This document shows, one piece after another, positions 1-7,415 of a DNA stretch of 46,715 bases. Origin of the DNA: a virus (lineage: Duplodnaviria > Caudoviricetes). Below the pieces are notes generated by a model. That model was not told where the DNA came from, ran no database searches, and saw nothing but the letters and a program-made list of their open reading frames with translations. The stretch is from IMG/VR virus record IMGVR_UViG_3300030397_000540, positions 1 through 46,715 of that record; one strand, given 5' to 3'. The position numbers were made by a program, and so were the translations under genes. Numbering within the stretch: the first letter of the stretch is position 1; each line of letters begins with the position of its first letter.

Positions 1-120
1 TCCCTGACTTGAGCCCAGACTTGATCCCTGACTTGAGCCCTGACTTGATCCCTGACTTGAGCCCTGACTTGAGCCCTGACTTGATCCCTGACTTGATCCC
101 TGACTTGAGCCCCGACTTGA
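1..120. repeat. 12-bp tandem repeat (T/G)CCC(T/A/C)GACTTGA x10; 1-108 is identical to 46608-46715 (circular overlap)
   Basis: Read unit by unit; the order of nine variant units matches the end of the window exactly. Confidence 0.95.
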
Positions 121-362
121 TCCGATTCTTTCGGAGTCGTTTGTGAAATATTTCGCAATAAATTTGCTGCAATTTGCAAACCCAGCGGAGAATCAAAATA
201 TAACACAGCTGGCTTTTCTTTCCCGATTAGGCTGTATACAAATTCAATCCCCTTTTCACACCGGGGTTTGTCGATGCTGCCTCCGTCAAAAGCCATTTTT
301 AGCCATTTCTCACGAACTTTAGGCAGCAATGCTATTTCTTTTTTATTAAGTGAATTTTTCAT
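1..362 (-). CDS. N-terminal part of a DUF6745-like QV(R/W/G)(D/A) repeat protein that continues across the junction into 46715-45635
   Basis: ATG at 362 gives [22 protein letters not shown]...FDSPLG...[11 protein letters not shown]; open frame and in frame with the 45635-46312 ORF. Confidence 0.88.
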   Translation of the reverse strand, partial: MKNSLNKKEIALLPKVREKWLKMAFDGGSIDKPRCEKGIEFVYSLIGKEKPAVLYFDSPLGLQIAANLLRNISQTTPKESDQVGAQVRDQVRDQVRAQVRAQVRDQVRAQVRDQVWAQVR

Positions 363-373
363 TTTACTTTTTT

Positions 374-401
374 AAAAAGGCGCCAGGCCGAAACCCGGCG
401 C
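374..401 (-). terminator. GC-rich hairpin with UUCG-type loop and U-tract (terminator or attenuator)
   Basis: Minus strand reads GCGCCGGG-TTTCGG-CCTGGCGC then CTTTTT. Confidence 0.5.
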
Positions 402-488
402 ATTCAACAAATTATAATCCCATAAATTCTAATTCTTTAAAGCTACCGGGAGCCCGAAAGCCCCCGGCCTGAATACCATTATGAAAAA

Positions 489-1652
489 TCAATTGCTTAG
501 CTCTACTTCCGGCAAAGGCTTTGCGGCCCAGCCGGGTTGTTTCATTTCGATTATTCCATAGTTCCCTGATTCGGCGAAAGCGTCGAAGCCGGGATAGCTG
601 TTTGTCTCAATACACTCCTTGGCATTATAAAGTGCCTGCCGGTACTTGTATTTGCCTACCTCTAAGTCTTCCGGATTCCAGCGAAGCAGGGCCACACCAA
701 AGGGAGCGGAGGTCTGGACCATGATGCAGAGCGTGGTCAGGAATTTGCGGTCGGTCACTGCTGATACCACCTCCTGATACATGCCTTCACTCAATTCGTA
801 CTTCAGTTTTGCCGATTGGTAGTAGAAGCCGGTCAAGTCCTCCATCCGGGTACTCTTTACACTGATAATGGCATCGACTCCGATGTTCTCCTTAAACTGT
901 ATTGCGTCTGGCCGAACGCGGACCTGTAGGCCGGTTTCTTTGTCTTGTCCGTAGAAGGAAATCTCTCGTTTGGAATGCTTCATTAGGCGCGGAAGAATTC
1001 CACCCCCGTAGCGCATATAGTTGCGTTTGGTAACCTTAATCTGTGCGTGCTGCACTTCGTTGATCGGATGAATGCCCGATGCTGCGATCAGGTTAGCCAG
1101 GTATTCCTTTTTGCCGGGGAGTTTGTTGTAGCTATTGCTGATATCCATACATTCTTCACAGATCGTTCCGGCGTTCTCCGGGTAAAACTCCTGAATCTTG
1201 TTCTCCCAAAATTCAATCAATCGCTCTACTCCATCGGTGGTTGATCGGGATAGCTTTGGTTCAACGGTCACCCGGTCGAACTTGGTCGGTTCAAGAATAC
1301 ACTGATGGATGAAAGTGCCGAGATCGAAAGACTTCTGATTCTTGCATTTTTCCAGTTCGCTTTTCCATTCGTGCTTGATGGAGTAGTAGAAATCAAGCGG
1401 GGTCTTCAGCGTGGCCTTTAGCTGGCCGCTGCTGAGATAATCGGAAGATCCTAAGTATTTCTCCATGGCATCCTGCCGGCAGTCGCCATTCATCCGTAGG
1501 GTGGCCGTCGGTATGTTGACGGCCGGGGTGTTATCGTGTAGTCTCTGGATGATCTCATGAATGCCTGGGTAATGAGCGGTCTCTCTGAACTGAGGCTCAA
1601 AGGTGGTGAACTCTGTCCCGGCTTCCATTTCGTGAAGGTTTACTACGGTCAT
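489..1652 (-). CDS. PD-(D/E)XK exonuclease VIII (RecE/DUF3799-like), 387 aa
   Basis: Motifs YLSSGQLK, GTFIHQCILEP, E-ISFY, RVRPD, SVKST and YQ; ATG at 1652 overlaps the upstream stop (ATGA). Confidence 0.8.
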   Translation of the reverse strand: MTVVNLHEMEAGTEFTTFEPQFRETAHYPGIHEIIQRLHDNTPAVNIPTATLRMNGDCRQDAMEKYLGSSDYLSSGQLKATLKTPLDFYYSIKHEWKSELEKCKNQKSFDLGTFIHQCILEPTKFDRVTVEPKLSRSTTDGVERLIEFWENKIQEFYPENAGTICEECMDISNSYNKLPGKKEYLANLIAASGIHPINEVQHAQIKVTKRNYMRYGGGILPRLMKHSKREISFYGQDKETGLQVRVRPDAIQFKENIGVDAIISVKSTRMEDLTGFYYQSAKLKYELSEGMYQEVVSAVTDRKFLTTLCIMVQTSAPFGVALLRWNPEDLEVGKYKYRQALYNAKECIETNSYPGFDAFAESGNYGIIEMKQPGWAAKPLPEVELSN

Positions 1653-2059
1653 GATTTTTTGGGTTGCAATGGCCGGATTGACCAATTGTCGTGAAGGAAT
1701 GAATTGCTCTTATTCTTCTTCTTTCCGAGGTAAGTGATTTTCAAAGCAGATCCAGGGGCAATGCTGTTTTCCTGCAGGGTGCCGATCAACATTTTGCTTC
1801 CGTTGTGAACCTGGATGGTGGTCTCATCAGGGAATTGCTCCAGGAAGAAGGCACACAGAAGCGGTTTCATGACTTCGGGGTTATTAATATCGGCTACTTC
1901 AATTTCTTCGATCTTGATGAAGAATACCAGTTTCGATTCGCCGGTGTTTTCCGGGGCCCAATAGCTTGAGGCCAAATCAATGATTGACTCTTCGGCTTGG
2001 GTATGTAGGTTCGGCAGTGGTTGCCCCTCCTGGATGACTAGGGATTTGTCTGTACTCAT
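1649..2059 (-). CDS. Putative OB-fold ssDNA-binding-like protein, 136 aa
   Basis: W-P---GE N-terminus and LKITYLGKKK C-terminal strand; adjacent to the exonuclease. Confidence 0.5.
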   Translation of the reverse strand: MSTDKSLVIQEGQPLPNLHTQAEESIIDLASSYWAPENTGESKLVFFIKIEEIEVADINNPEVMKPLLCAFFLEQFPDETTIQVHNGSKMLIGTLQENSIAPGSALKITYLGKKKNKSNSFLHDNWSIRPLQPKKS

Positions 2060-2081
2060 GGTTATTTTGTTAGTGATTAAA

Positions 2082-2336
2082 TTAAAATTGAGGATTGCTG
2101 ACATTGACAATTTTCCATTTTCCGCGGGTAGTCTTACCGTATTTCATTTCGACCCAATCCAGTTTGATCCTGTTCCCGTAATGCCGCTTGATTTCCTCGA
2201 ATCCTACGCCGCCGAATTGATCCGTGATTGCTAAATCGATCATCTGAGGTGTAATTGCCTGGCCGTTTCTAGGATAACTAACCAGGAATCCCCGGTGTCG
2301 GAAATTGGTAAACACTACTTCGTTTGTCAGTTCCAT
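2082..2336 (-). CDS. Hypothetical early protein
   Basis: Co-oriented ORF; ATG start preferred over the upstream TTG. Confidence 0.6.
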   Translation of the reverse strand: MELTNEVVFTNFRHRGFLVSYPRNGQAITPQMIDLAITDQFGGVGFEEIKRHYGNRIKLDWVEMKYGKTTRGKWKIVNVSNPQF

Positions 2337-2419
2337 TTTTTGTATATTTGTGCCAGTGATTAAATTTTCCAAGATTGGGCAGGCACCTCACATGCCCGCC
2401 CTTTTTTGGTTGTAGATGA

Positions 2420-2800
2420 TCAGGCAATAGCCTCTTCAATCATGTCATGTGTGTCTCGTTCTTCAGTGAATTTTAGTACACTGTTTCCGGCTCTAATCCT
2501 TACGCTGTTGATCGGGTCGCCATCATCCGTTTCCGTCACCTGGATCTTGCATCTAATTCCGTTCTTTCGAAGGAAAGTCACAGTTTCCCGGACCAACAAG
2601 AATGCTTGTTCATAGACCAGGCCGCAGACCGTGTAGGCCATGTTGCCAAAATGGCCGGCTTCCTGCATCACCGCCTTTGTGAACTCGCCTAATGCGATTC
2701 GGGCGTTCTTGATCTGCACCTGTTTTTCCAGGCTCATAAATTCCATCAACCATTCAGTACCAGGGGGGTACACAATCGATGCTGTTGCTACTGAAGTCAT
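2420..2800 (-). CDS. Hypothetical early protein
   Basis: 126-aa ORF with an A-rich translation start. Confidence 0.7.
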   Translation of the reverse strand: MTSVATASIVYPPGTEWLMEFMSLEKQVQIKNARIALGEFTKAVMQEAGHFGNMAYTVCGLVYEQAFLLVRETVTFLRKNGIRCKIQVTETDDGDPINSVRIRAGNSVLKFTEERDTHDMIEEAIA

Positions 2801-2956
2801 AGTTTAGGTTTGATTAAAGAATATCGTTGAAGCGCTAAGACAAAGGGGGGAGGGTGCCCCAGCCGTTGCCGGGGCCCTATCGGAATATGTTAATATGACC
2901 TTGGAAAAGTGGGCCGGCCGAAACCGACCCTACTACACAACACTAGTTTATGAAAC

Positions 2957-3190
2957 TTATGCCAATGTTGACTGGGGGTATTCACCGGTTTCTGATACCA
3001 GTCTATTGAATTCTCCAAGTCCCAATTCAAGTATCAATTGATAATGATCCTGTTTGAAGACTGATTTACTTGTAGGAACCAAATGGATACTTTTTCGGTA
3101 TGCTTCCTCGATACCTTTAATCACATTCTCAGCTACCTTATGTGGGGGCAATTGCTTCCTAGCCGTGACAATTCCGTTCACAGTATCCAT
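2957..3190 (-). CDS. First gene of the leftward early operon, possibly Cro-like
   Basis: Small ORF divergent from the XRE repressor. Confidence 0.5.
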   Translation of the reverse strand: MDTVNGIVTARKQLPPHKVAENVIKGIEEAYRKSIHLVPTSKSVFKQDHYQLILELGLGEFNRLVSETGEYPQSTLA

Positions 3191-3205
3191 GTTGTTATAA
3201 TTATT

Positions 3206-3235
3206 TATATTTGTATTAAAGACATAACAAACATA
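3206..3235. promoter_or_regulatory. Overlapping face-to-face Bacteroidota-type -7 promoter elements
   Basis: TATATTTG on + (3206-3213) and TATGTTTG on - (3228-3235) match TAnnTTTG. Confidence 0.6.
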
Positions 3236-3265
3236 CCATCATTTTGGTGGAATGTCAAGAAAATC

Positions 3266-3293
3266 TCAAGAAAAATTACGTAATATTTCTTGA
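3266..3293. promoter_or_regulatory. 28-bp near-perfect palindrome, candidate repressor operator
   Basis: TCAAGAAAAATTAC|GTAATATTTCTTGA with one mismatch; an extra half-site TCAAGAAA at 3255-3262. Confidence 0.6.
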
Positions 3294-3316
3294 TTGTTTA
3301 ATCAGAACCTTTTTCA

Positions 3317-3727
3317 GTGACAGCAAAATTCTTACAACTAGTTGAAAAACTAAGGAGAAAGCATAACAATAAGATATCATATGCTTCAATTGCTAGAAGG
3401 ATAGGAATCGACGGTCAGAAAATAACAGACATGAAGCGGGGCGCTTCCTCTGCTGACCATGAATTAATTGATAAACTCTTAATAGCCTACCCTGAACTCA
3501 AAGAATCAGAACCAAAACAAGACGACAAAAACCTACAAGCCCAATACGAAGCACTGAACGCCAAAGTAGAAGCGGGCTTTGAAGAACTTAAGAAGATAAT
3601 CGTTGAAATGACCGTAGAACAACGGGCAAAGTTTGAAGCTGAAGTTGAAAAGCAACTTGGAGATCAGATTAGGGAACTAGAGGAAAGACTGGATAAGAAA
3701 GCGGAAAAACAGAACAAGAAAGATTAG
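3317..3727 (+). CDS. XRE-family HTH repressor (CI-like) with a coiled-coil C-terminus and no S24 peptidase domain
   Basis: ISYASIARRIGIDGQKITDMKRG helix-turn-helix; divergent switch layout. Confidence 0.75.
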   Translation: MTAKFLQLVEKLRRKHNNKISYASIARRIGIDGQKITDMKRGASSADHELIDKLLIAYPELKESEPKQDDKNLQAQYEALNAKVEAGFEELKKIIVEMTVEQRAKFEAEVEKQLGDQIRELEERLDKKAEKQNKKD

Positions 3728-3745
3728 GTACCCCCGATATTAAGC

Positions 3746-3770
3746 TACACAAAATAAACCGATGATGACA
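3746..3770 (+). repeat. 25-bp direct repeat, copy 1 (copy 2 at 4347-4371)
   Basis: TACACAAAATAAACCGATGATGACA is identical at both gene starts. Confidence 0.9.
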
Positions 3771-4340
3771 GAAAGGGAAGCGATAATCTGGAGTCATAGA
3801 AATGAAAAAAGCCCTGCTATTGCATTTGTATTAACGCTTGTATTTAGTTTTCTTGGCGCATGCTATGCCGGTGGCTGGGCCATCTTGTCAACATTACTTT
3901 TCCATTGTTTATCTTGGTTTATGTGGTTCGTCATGGGTGCAAGCTTGGTCACTGGCACCGGAAGTTCGTTTGGCGGGTATTTCTTCGCGGGAATAATCCT
4001 GTACTTCATTCCGATCATTATTGTAGTGGGGAAAGTAAGAAGACACAATTATCAGGTGCAACAGGCTAGAATTTTCCTGCACAATAAGGAAAGTGGTCAA
4101 AATAGCCAAGATGAAATAAAATTACCGTCCGTAAAATTGCCTCCTGAAAACCGGATCGAAGAATTTGTAAATCATATAATGGAACATCGAGGCTTTGACC
4201 TGGAAGATATTTCTTGGAATTGCAAAATACCTATCGAGCGTTTACAGAACCCCGATGATCAGGAACAGGCCTTGGTTGATGAAAAAACTTTGATAGAAAA
4301 ATTTCCTGAGCTAGAAGAATTATTGGCAGAACAGGAATGA
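3762..4340 (+). CDS. TM2-like membrane protein with a C-terminal soluble (possible HTH) domain; candidate superinfection exclusion
   Basis: KSPAIAFVLTLVFSFLGACYAG TM2-like motif; about three hydrophobic segments; in the repressor operon. Confidence 0.6.
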   Translation: MMTEREAIIWSHRNEKSPAIAFVLTLVFSFLGACYAGGWAILSTLLFHCLSWFMWFVMGASLVTGTGSSFGGYFFAGIILYFIPIIIVVGKVRRHNYQVQQARIFLHNKESGQNSQDEIKLPSVKLPPENRIEEFVNHIMEHRGFDLEDISWNCKIPIERLQNPDDQEQALVDEKTLIEKFPELEELLAEQE

Positions 4341-4346
4341 GTAGAT

Positions 4347-4371
4347 TACACAAAATAAACCGATGATGACA
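4347..4371 (+). repeat. 25-bp direct repeat, copy 2
   Basis: Identical to 3746-3770. Confidence 0.9.
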
Positions 4372-4731
4372 AAAGAGCAAGCCGTTATTTGGTGCTACCG
4401 CCAGGAGGCAAAACCGGAGGTAGCAATCGTCCTCACTTTCATGTTTAGTTTCGTTGGCGCCTGTTATGTTGGCGGATGGTCAATTTTGATAACATTCGTT
4501 TGCCATGCGGTTGCTTGGTTCATATGGTTTTCAGTTGGAATATTCTCAGTAATGTCACTGTTTTCTAGTACTGGTTTGACTGGTGCAGCATTAGACCCGG
4601 TTTTAATGGGACTCTCTGCCGTTGTATATTCGGTGCCTATGTTTGTAGTATTTGAGCGATCGGTAAACTACAACAAGCAAGTTAGAGAGGCCAGGGCGGT
4701 AATTCATGAACTTGAAAAATCTAAACCATGA
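4363..4731 (+). CDS. TM2-like membrane protein, paralogue of 3762-4340
   Basis: Shares MMT-E-A-IW and VLT--FSF-GACY-GGW-IL with the upstream gene. Confidence 0.7.
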   Translation: MMTKEQAVIWCYRQEAKPEVAIVLTFMFSFVGACYVGGWSILITFVCHAVAWFIWFSVGIFSVMSLFSSTGLTGAALDPVLMGLSAVVYSVPMFVVFERSVNYNKQVREARAVIHELEKSKP

Positions 4732-4760
4732 TAATAGTAAACGACATATGCGGAGGATAA
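4728..4760 (+). CDS. Micro-peptide MIIVNDICGG (10 aa), DIxxx family
   Basis: ATG overlaps the stop of the upstream gene (ATGA coupling); motif shared with four other units. Confidence 0.6.
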   Translation: MIIVNDICGG

Positions 4761-4813
4761 TAGACACAGACATTTGCGGGATGATTGTAGTAGGCGATAT
4801 CGACGGCTGTTAG
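4748..4813 (+). CDS. Micro-peptide MRRIIDTDICG-MIVVGDIDGC (two DIxxx units; the internal ATG at 4781 gives 10-aa MIVVGDIDGC)
   Basis: Direct translation; degenerate tandem DNA repeat of the 4728 unit. Confidence 0.55.
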   Translation: MRRIIDTDICGMIVVGDIDGC

Positions 4814-5133
4814 CCTTCATTACCTTGATTAACCTTCCTTTCCAGGTCACCAAAAGCAATTTTCAAAGCCTCGGCTTCAGCAATCAGTATTCCGGCGTAC
4901 ATATACCCTTTGCCGGTCTTCATTCCTCCAGCGTCCACCAGGTACCCAAACTTATTATAGGACCGAGTAATCAAAATCTTAATTCCATTTTCTTGAAAGA
5001 ATTCAATTAGCCGCTCATGGTCTTGCATTTCTTTTTTCCAATGGTGGGGGTGCTTCTTTTCGAAATGCTGTCGGCACTTGGCCAGGGCTCCAGGCGCACT
5101 AATCTTAATTTGGTGCCATTCTTCGCGTGTCAT
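4810..5133 (-). CDS. Hypothetical protein translationally coupled to the HTH-TPR gene
   Basis: 107 aa; ATGA overlap with the stop of 5130-6536. Confidence 0.75.
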   Translation of the reverse strand: MTREEWHQIKISAPGALAKCRQHFEKKHPHHWKKEMQDHERLIEFFQENGIKILITRSYNKFGYLVDAGGMKTGKGYMYAGILIAEAEALKIAFGDLERKVNQGNEG

Positions 5134-6536
5134 TTGCTATTTACTTGTTGATCAATAAAATCAAGCAACATTTCATAGGGGACAATTTCCAAATCTACAT
5201 CCTGCCCGGTTTGGTCGATGGGATTCTTATCCAACTTACGGGCATATTTTTGAACATCAAATGAATTGAAATTGTTTCGGGCCAGATCGATGACAGCGTT
5301 TAGGATTGTCCGGGGGCGAATATTATTTGCAGAATTTAGATAGCGCCGGGTGTAACTTTCCAAGGCAGCCAACCGGTCTATAATTTGTTCCGGCTTACCT
5401 GCAGCAAGGTAATGCAACATCTCCAGCATGTAAATATTGACGTTATAGGCAGTCTTGTCACTTTGAATAAACGGCAATTCATTCATTAGTTTACCCAGCT
5501 TTAGCCGCTGGTCGGTCATTAGACAAGCGTAAGCCGTGATCAGTTTCCAATACTCCTTAGTTCTACCTACCATCTTTTCAGTATCACCACTTTCAGAGAG
5601 CCGGAAAGCTAAATCAAAATCCCCCTGGTGCAAAGCGATAACCATAGCGTATCTTTTTGCCAGGTAATAATTATTAGTTCCCTCATCAAAAAGAGAAAGG
5701 CATTCTTTTAAGCATTCCACAGCGCGAAATAGATCGCCCGTTATGATATAGATCGGCAGCATCCGAAAATTAAATGAAAACAGCGGTGAATTACTCTTCC
5801 GGGTAGTCGAATTGAAATAGTCAAGCGCTTTTTGGCAAGTTTCGATTACATCGTTATACCGGCCGGCGGTGATGTAATAAACAGCCAGTAGGTTATAGCC
5901 AATATAGTATGTACGGTAAGATTCCCGGGAGCCCAGGATAATTCGTACCTCTTTGGCAATGCGCTCCATACGGACCATGTTGGAAATATTAAACTCCATG
6001 CAGAATTCACAATACAGATGCTGCATTTGTTGCTCTGCCTCCAGTTTTGCCTTGCATTGAAAGTGAATTTTCTTGTACCGGTTGTATAAATCCCGGTTGG
6101 TATCGAGTACAGAGTAATAATAGTAGATCCAATAGGACAAACTAGCTGCTACATCATTGAATTCATATTTCATCGCCTTCTTAATGGTCTGCTCTGCAAT
6201 TGGTATTGCCTTAGCAATGGAATGTTCAAATATCATGATTTCAACTAAGGCTTCCGTTTTTTTTAAGCTCCGGTAAATTGATAGGCGCTTATCGAGACTG
6301 TTGTCGGTTCTCATTGCCAAGGCTGTATTCACAAAGGCATCGAACGATCTATTCATCAAAAGCGAAAATGCCGATGGGTCTAACCCTATCTCTTCCCTGG
6401 TCTGGTCAATCGTGGCGGCTGAGTTTCTATATAGAATTTGATGCAATTCGTCCGCTCTTTGTTCTTTCCCTAATATGTTGATACGCTTTATTTTTGAAGG
6501 TTTGATGTGTTGAGCCAGGATGGCAATGTGTTTCAT
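5130..6536 (-). CDS. Helical-repeat (TPR-like) protein with an N-terminal HTH-like segment; candidate peptide-responsive regulator, 468 aa
   Basis: TIDQTREEIGLDPSAFSLLMNR is HTH-like; TPR-like helices LLAVYYITAGRYNDVIETCQKALDYF, IYIITGDLFRAVECLKECL and IALHQGDFDLAFRL; start placed at MKHIAIL. Confidence 0.7.
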   Translation of the reverse strand: MKHIAILAQHIKPSKIKRINILGKEQRADELHQILYRNSAATIDQTREEIGLDPSAFSLLMNRSFDAFVNTALAMRTDNSLDKRLSIYRSLKKTEALVEIMIFEHSIAKAIPIAEQTIKKAMKYEFNDVAASLSYWIYYYYSVLDTNRDLYNRYKKIHFQCKAKLEAEQQMQHLYCEFCMEFNISNMVRMERIAKEVRIILGSRESYRTYYIGYNLLAVYYITAGRYNDVIETCQKALDYFNSTTRKSNSPLFSFNFRMLPIYIITGDLFRAVECLKECLSLFDEGTNNYYLAKRYAMVIALHQGDFDLAFRLSESGDTEKMVGRTKEYWKLITAYACLMTDQRLKLGKLMNELPFIQSDKTAYNVNIYMLEMLHYLAAGKPEQIIDRLAALESYTRRYLNSANNIRPRTILNAVIDLARNNFNSFDVQKYARKLDKNPIDQTGQDVDLEIVPYEMLLDFIDQQVNSK

Positions 6537-6630
6537 AACAGTGTACTTTCGTGATCGAATTAACAAAAACTTTGAAGCACTATGAAGGTGGGCATGCATG
6601 TAGATTTATAAAAACCAAAATCTTAATGCT

Positions 6631-6681
6631 ATGACTACACAATCAAAGATCGTCAGCGGCGAAGACATCAGCTGTGGATAA
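6631..6681 (+). CDS. 16-aa peptide MTTQSKIVSGEDISCG, divergent from the HTH-TPR gene
   Basis: A-rich leader, in-frame stop upstream at 6601, hairpin directly after the stop, and paralogous motif elsewhere in the genome. Confidence 0.7.
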   Translation: MTTQSKIVSGEDISCG

Positions 6682-6685
6682 AAGT

Positions 6686-6710
6686 GCCACCGCGTAAAAC
6701 GGTGGCTTTC
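6686..6710 (+). terminator. Hairpin after the peptide gene (weak terminator or processing site)
   Basis: GCCACCG-cgtaaaa-CGGTGGC followed by TTTC. Confidence 0.6.
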
Positions 6711-6713
6711 AAA

Positions 6714-6732
6714 CTAATCAATATATGATTAG
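6714..6732. promoter_or_regulatory. Perfect inverted repeat CTAATCA-N5-TGATTAG, candidate operator or hairpin
   Basis: Seen directly. Confidence 0.45.
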
Positions 6733-6807
6733 AAGCAGCACGCAGTGAGAAGGGCCTTTCAACTCAATTCCTTACCCTTTCTCATAAAATAAAACACTGC
6801 ATGATCT

Positions 6808-6840
6808 AAAGCAACCCGTACCGGGGTTGCTTTTATATTT
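6808..6840 (+). terminator. Rho-independent terminator
   Basis: AAAGCAACCC-gtaccg-GGGTTGCTTT followed by a T-rich tract. Confidence 0.75.
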
Positions 6841-6955
6841 TTATTTTGCTAAATTACCCGAATATTTCTATAAAACAAGTCCCTCCCATCAGGTTTAGCA
6901 AAAGATAAGGAAAAAACACTGCTACATATTTTAAATATTAATAATCCCTTACTCA

Positions 6956-7108
6956 ATGAAATATAATGTAGTAGTAAGGCTGGAAAGCCTTTACCAAAAA
7001 ACGACTGTTATGCGACCCCATGATCAAAAAATCACTGAAGGCCGCATTTTTTTTACAATTTTGGATCGGGTCAAAAAAATAGCCCTGGACAAGTCCAAGG
7101 CTAAGTAA
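6956..7108 (+). CDS. Small basic hypothetical protein, 50 aa (MKYNVVVRLESL...ALDKSKAK)
   Basis: Manual translation; AT-rich leader; below the ORF-track cutoff. Confidence 0.4.
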   Translation: MKYNVVVRLESLYQKTTVMRPHDQKITEGRIFFTILDRVKKIALDKSKAK

Positions 7109-7130
7109 CAACGAAAAGTGAAATAATAAA

Positions 7131-7403
7131 TTACTCTTTTTGTTGCGGTGTGTGGGCTCCAAGCAAAGTCAGGCCGACGATGATAATGTCGTCAACCCAT
7201 ACCAAGACCTTTTTCCCGGCTTCTCCGATGACCTCCAGGCCTTCCGGAGTAACTGCCTCGTTGAGCGTGTTAACGCCATATAGGGCTGTTCCTAAGATGG
7301 CTACTATAATGGTATAGGCCACGCCATTTTTCATCTTGAATTTGTCGATCACGCCTCCCAGCAGCGACCGAAGTAGATTGCCAATGTTTGATAAATTGAA
7401 CAT
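7131..7403 (-). CDS. Small membrane protein, holin-like
   Basis: Two hydrophobic segments; last gene of the late operon, next to a holin. Confidence 0.55.
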   Translation of the reverse strand: MFNLSNIGNLLRSLLGGVIDKFKMKNGVAYTIIVAILGTALYGVNTLNEAVTPEGLEVIGEAGKKVLVWVDDIIIVGLTLLGAHTPQQKE

Positions 7404-7415
7404 TTTCGTTTTAGT

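Noticed and set aside
1-108. Biological direct terminal repeat of the virion DNA
   Set aside because: It falls inside a coding tandem repeat, which is more consistent with an assembler circular overlap
4774-5010. 78-aa plus-strand ORF from the track
   Set aside because: TTG start, antisense to the coupled 107-aa gene, and in a different frame from the peptide units
4728-6681. RiPP precursor interpretation of the Cys/Gly-ending peptides
   Set aside because: No modifying enzyme, protease or transporter is recognisable nearby, the peptides have no leader, and the 34767 copy has no Cys; host-supplied modification cannot be excluded
6725-6748. Micro-ORF MIRSSTQ after the peptide gene
   Set aside because: It has a plausible A-rich leader but no DIxxx motif and is too short to support; it may just be part of the RNA element
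6953-7162. 69-aa minus-strand ORF with a hydrophobic stretch (possible spanin)
   Set aside because: TTG start inside the upstream gene and no lipobox at a suitable position; the plus-strand 50-aa ORF is at least as plausible
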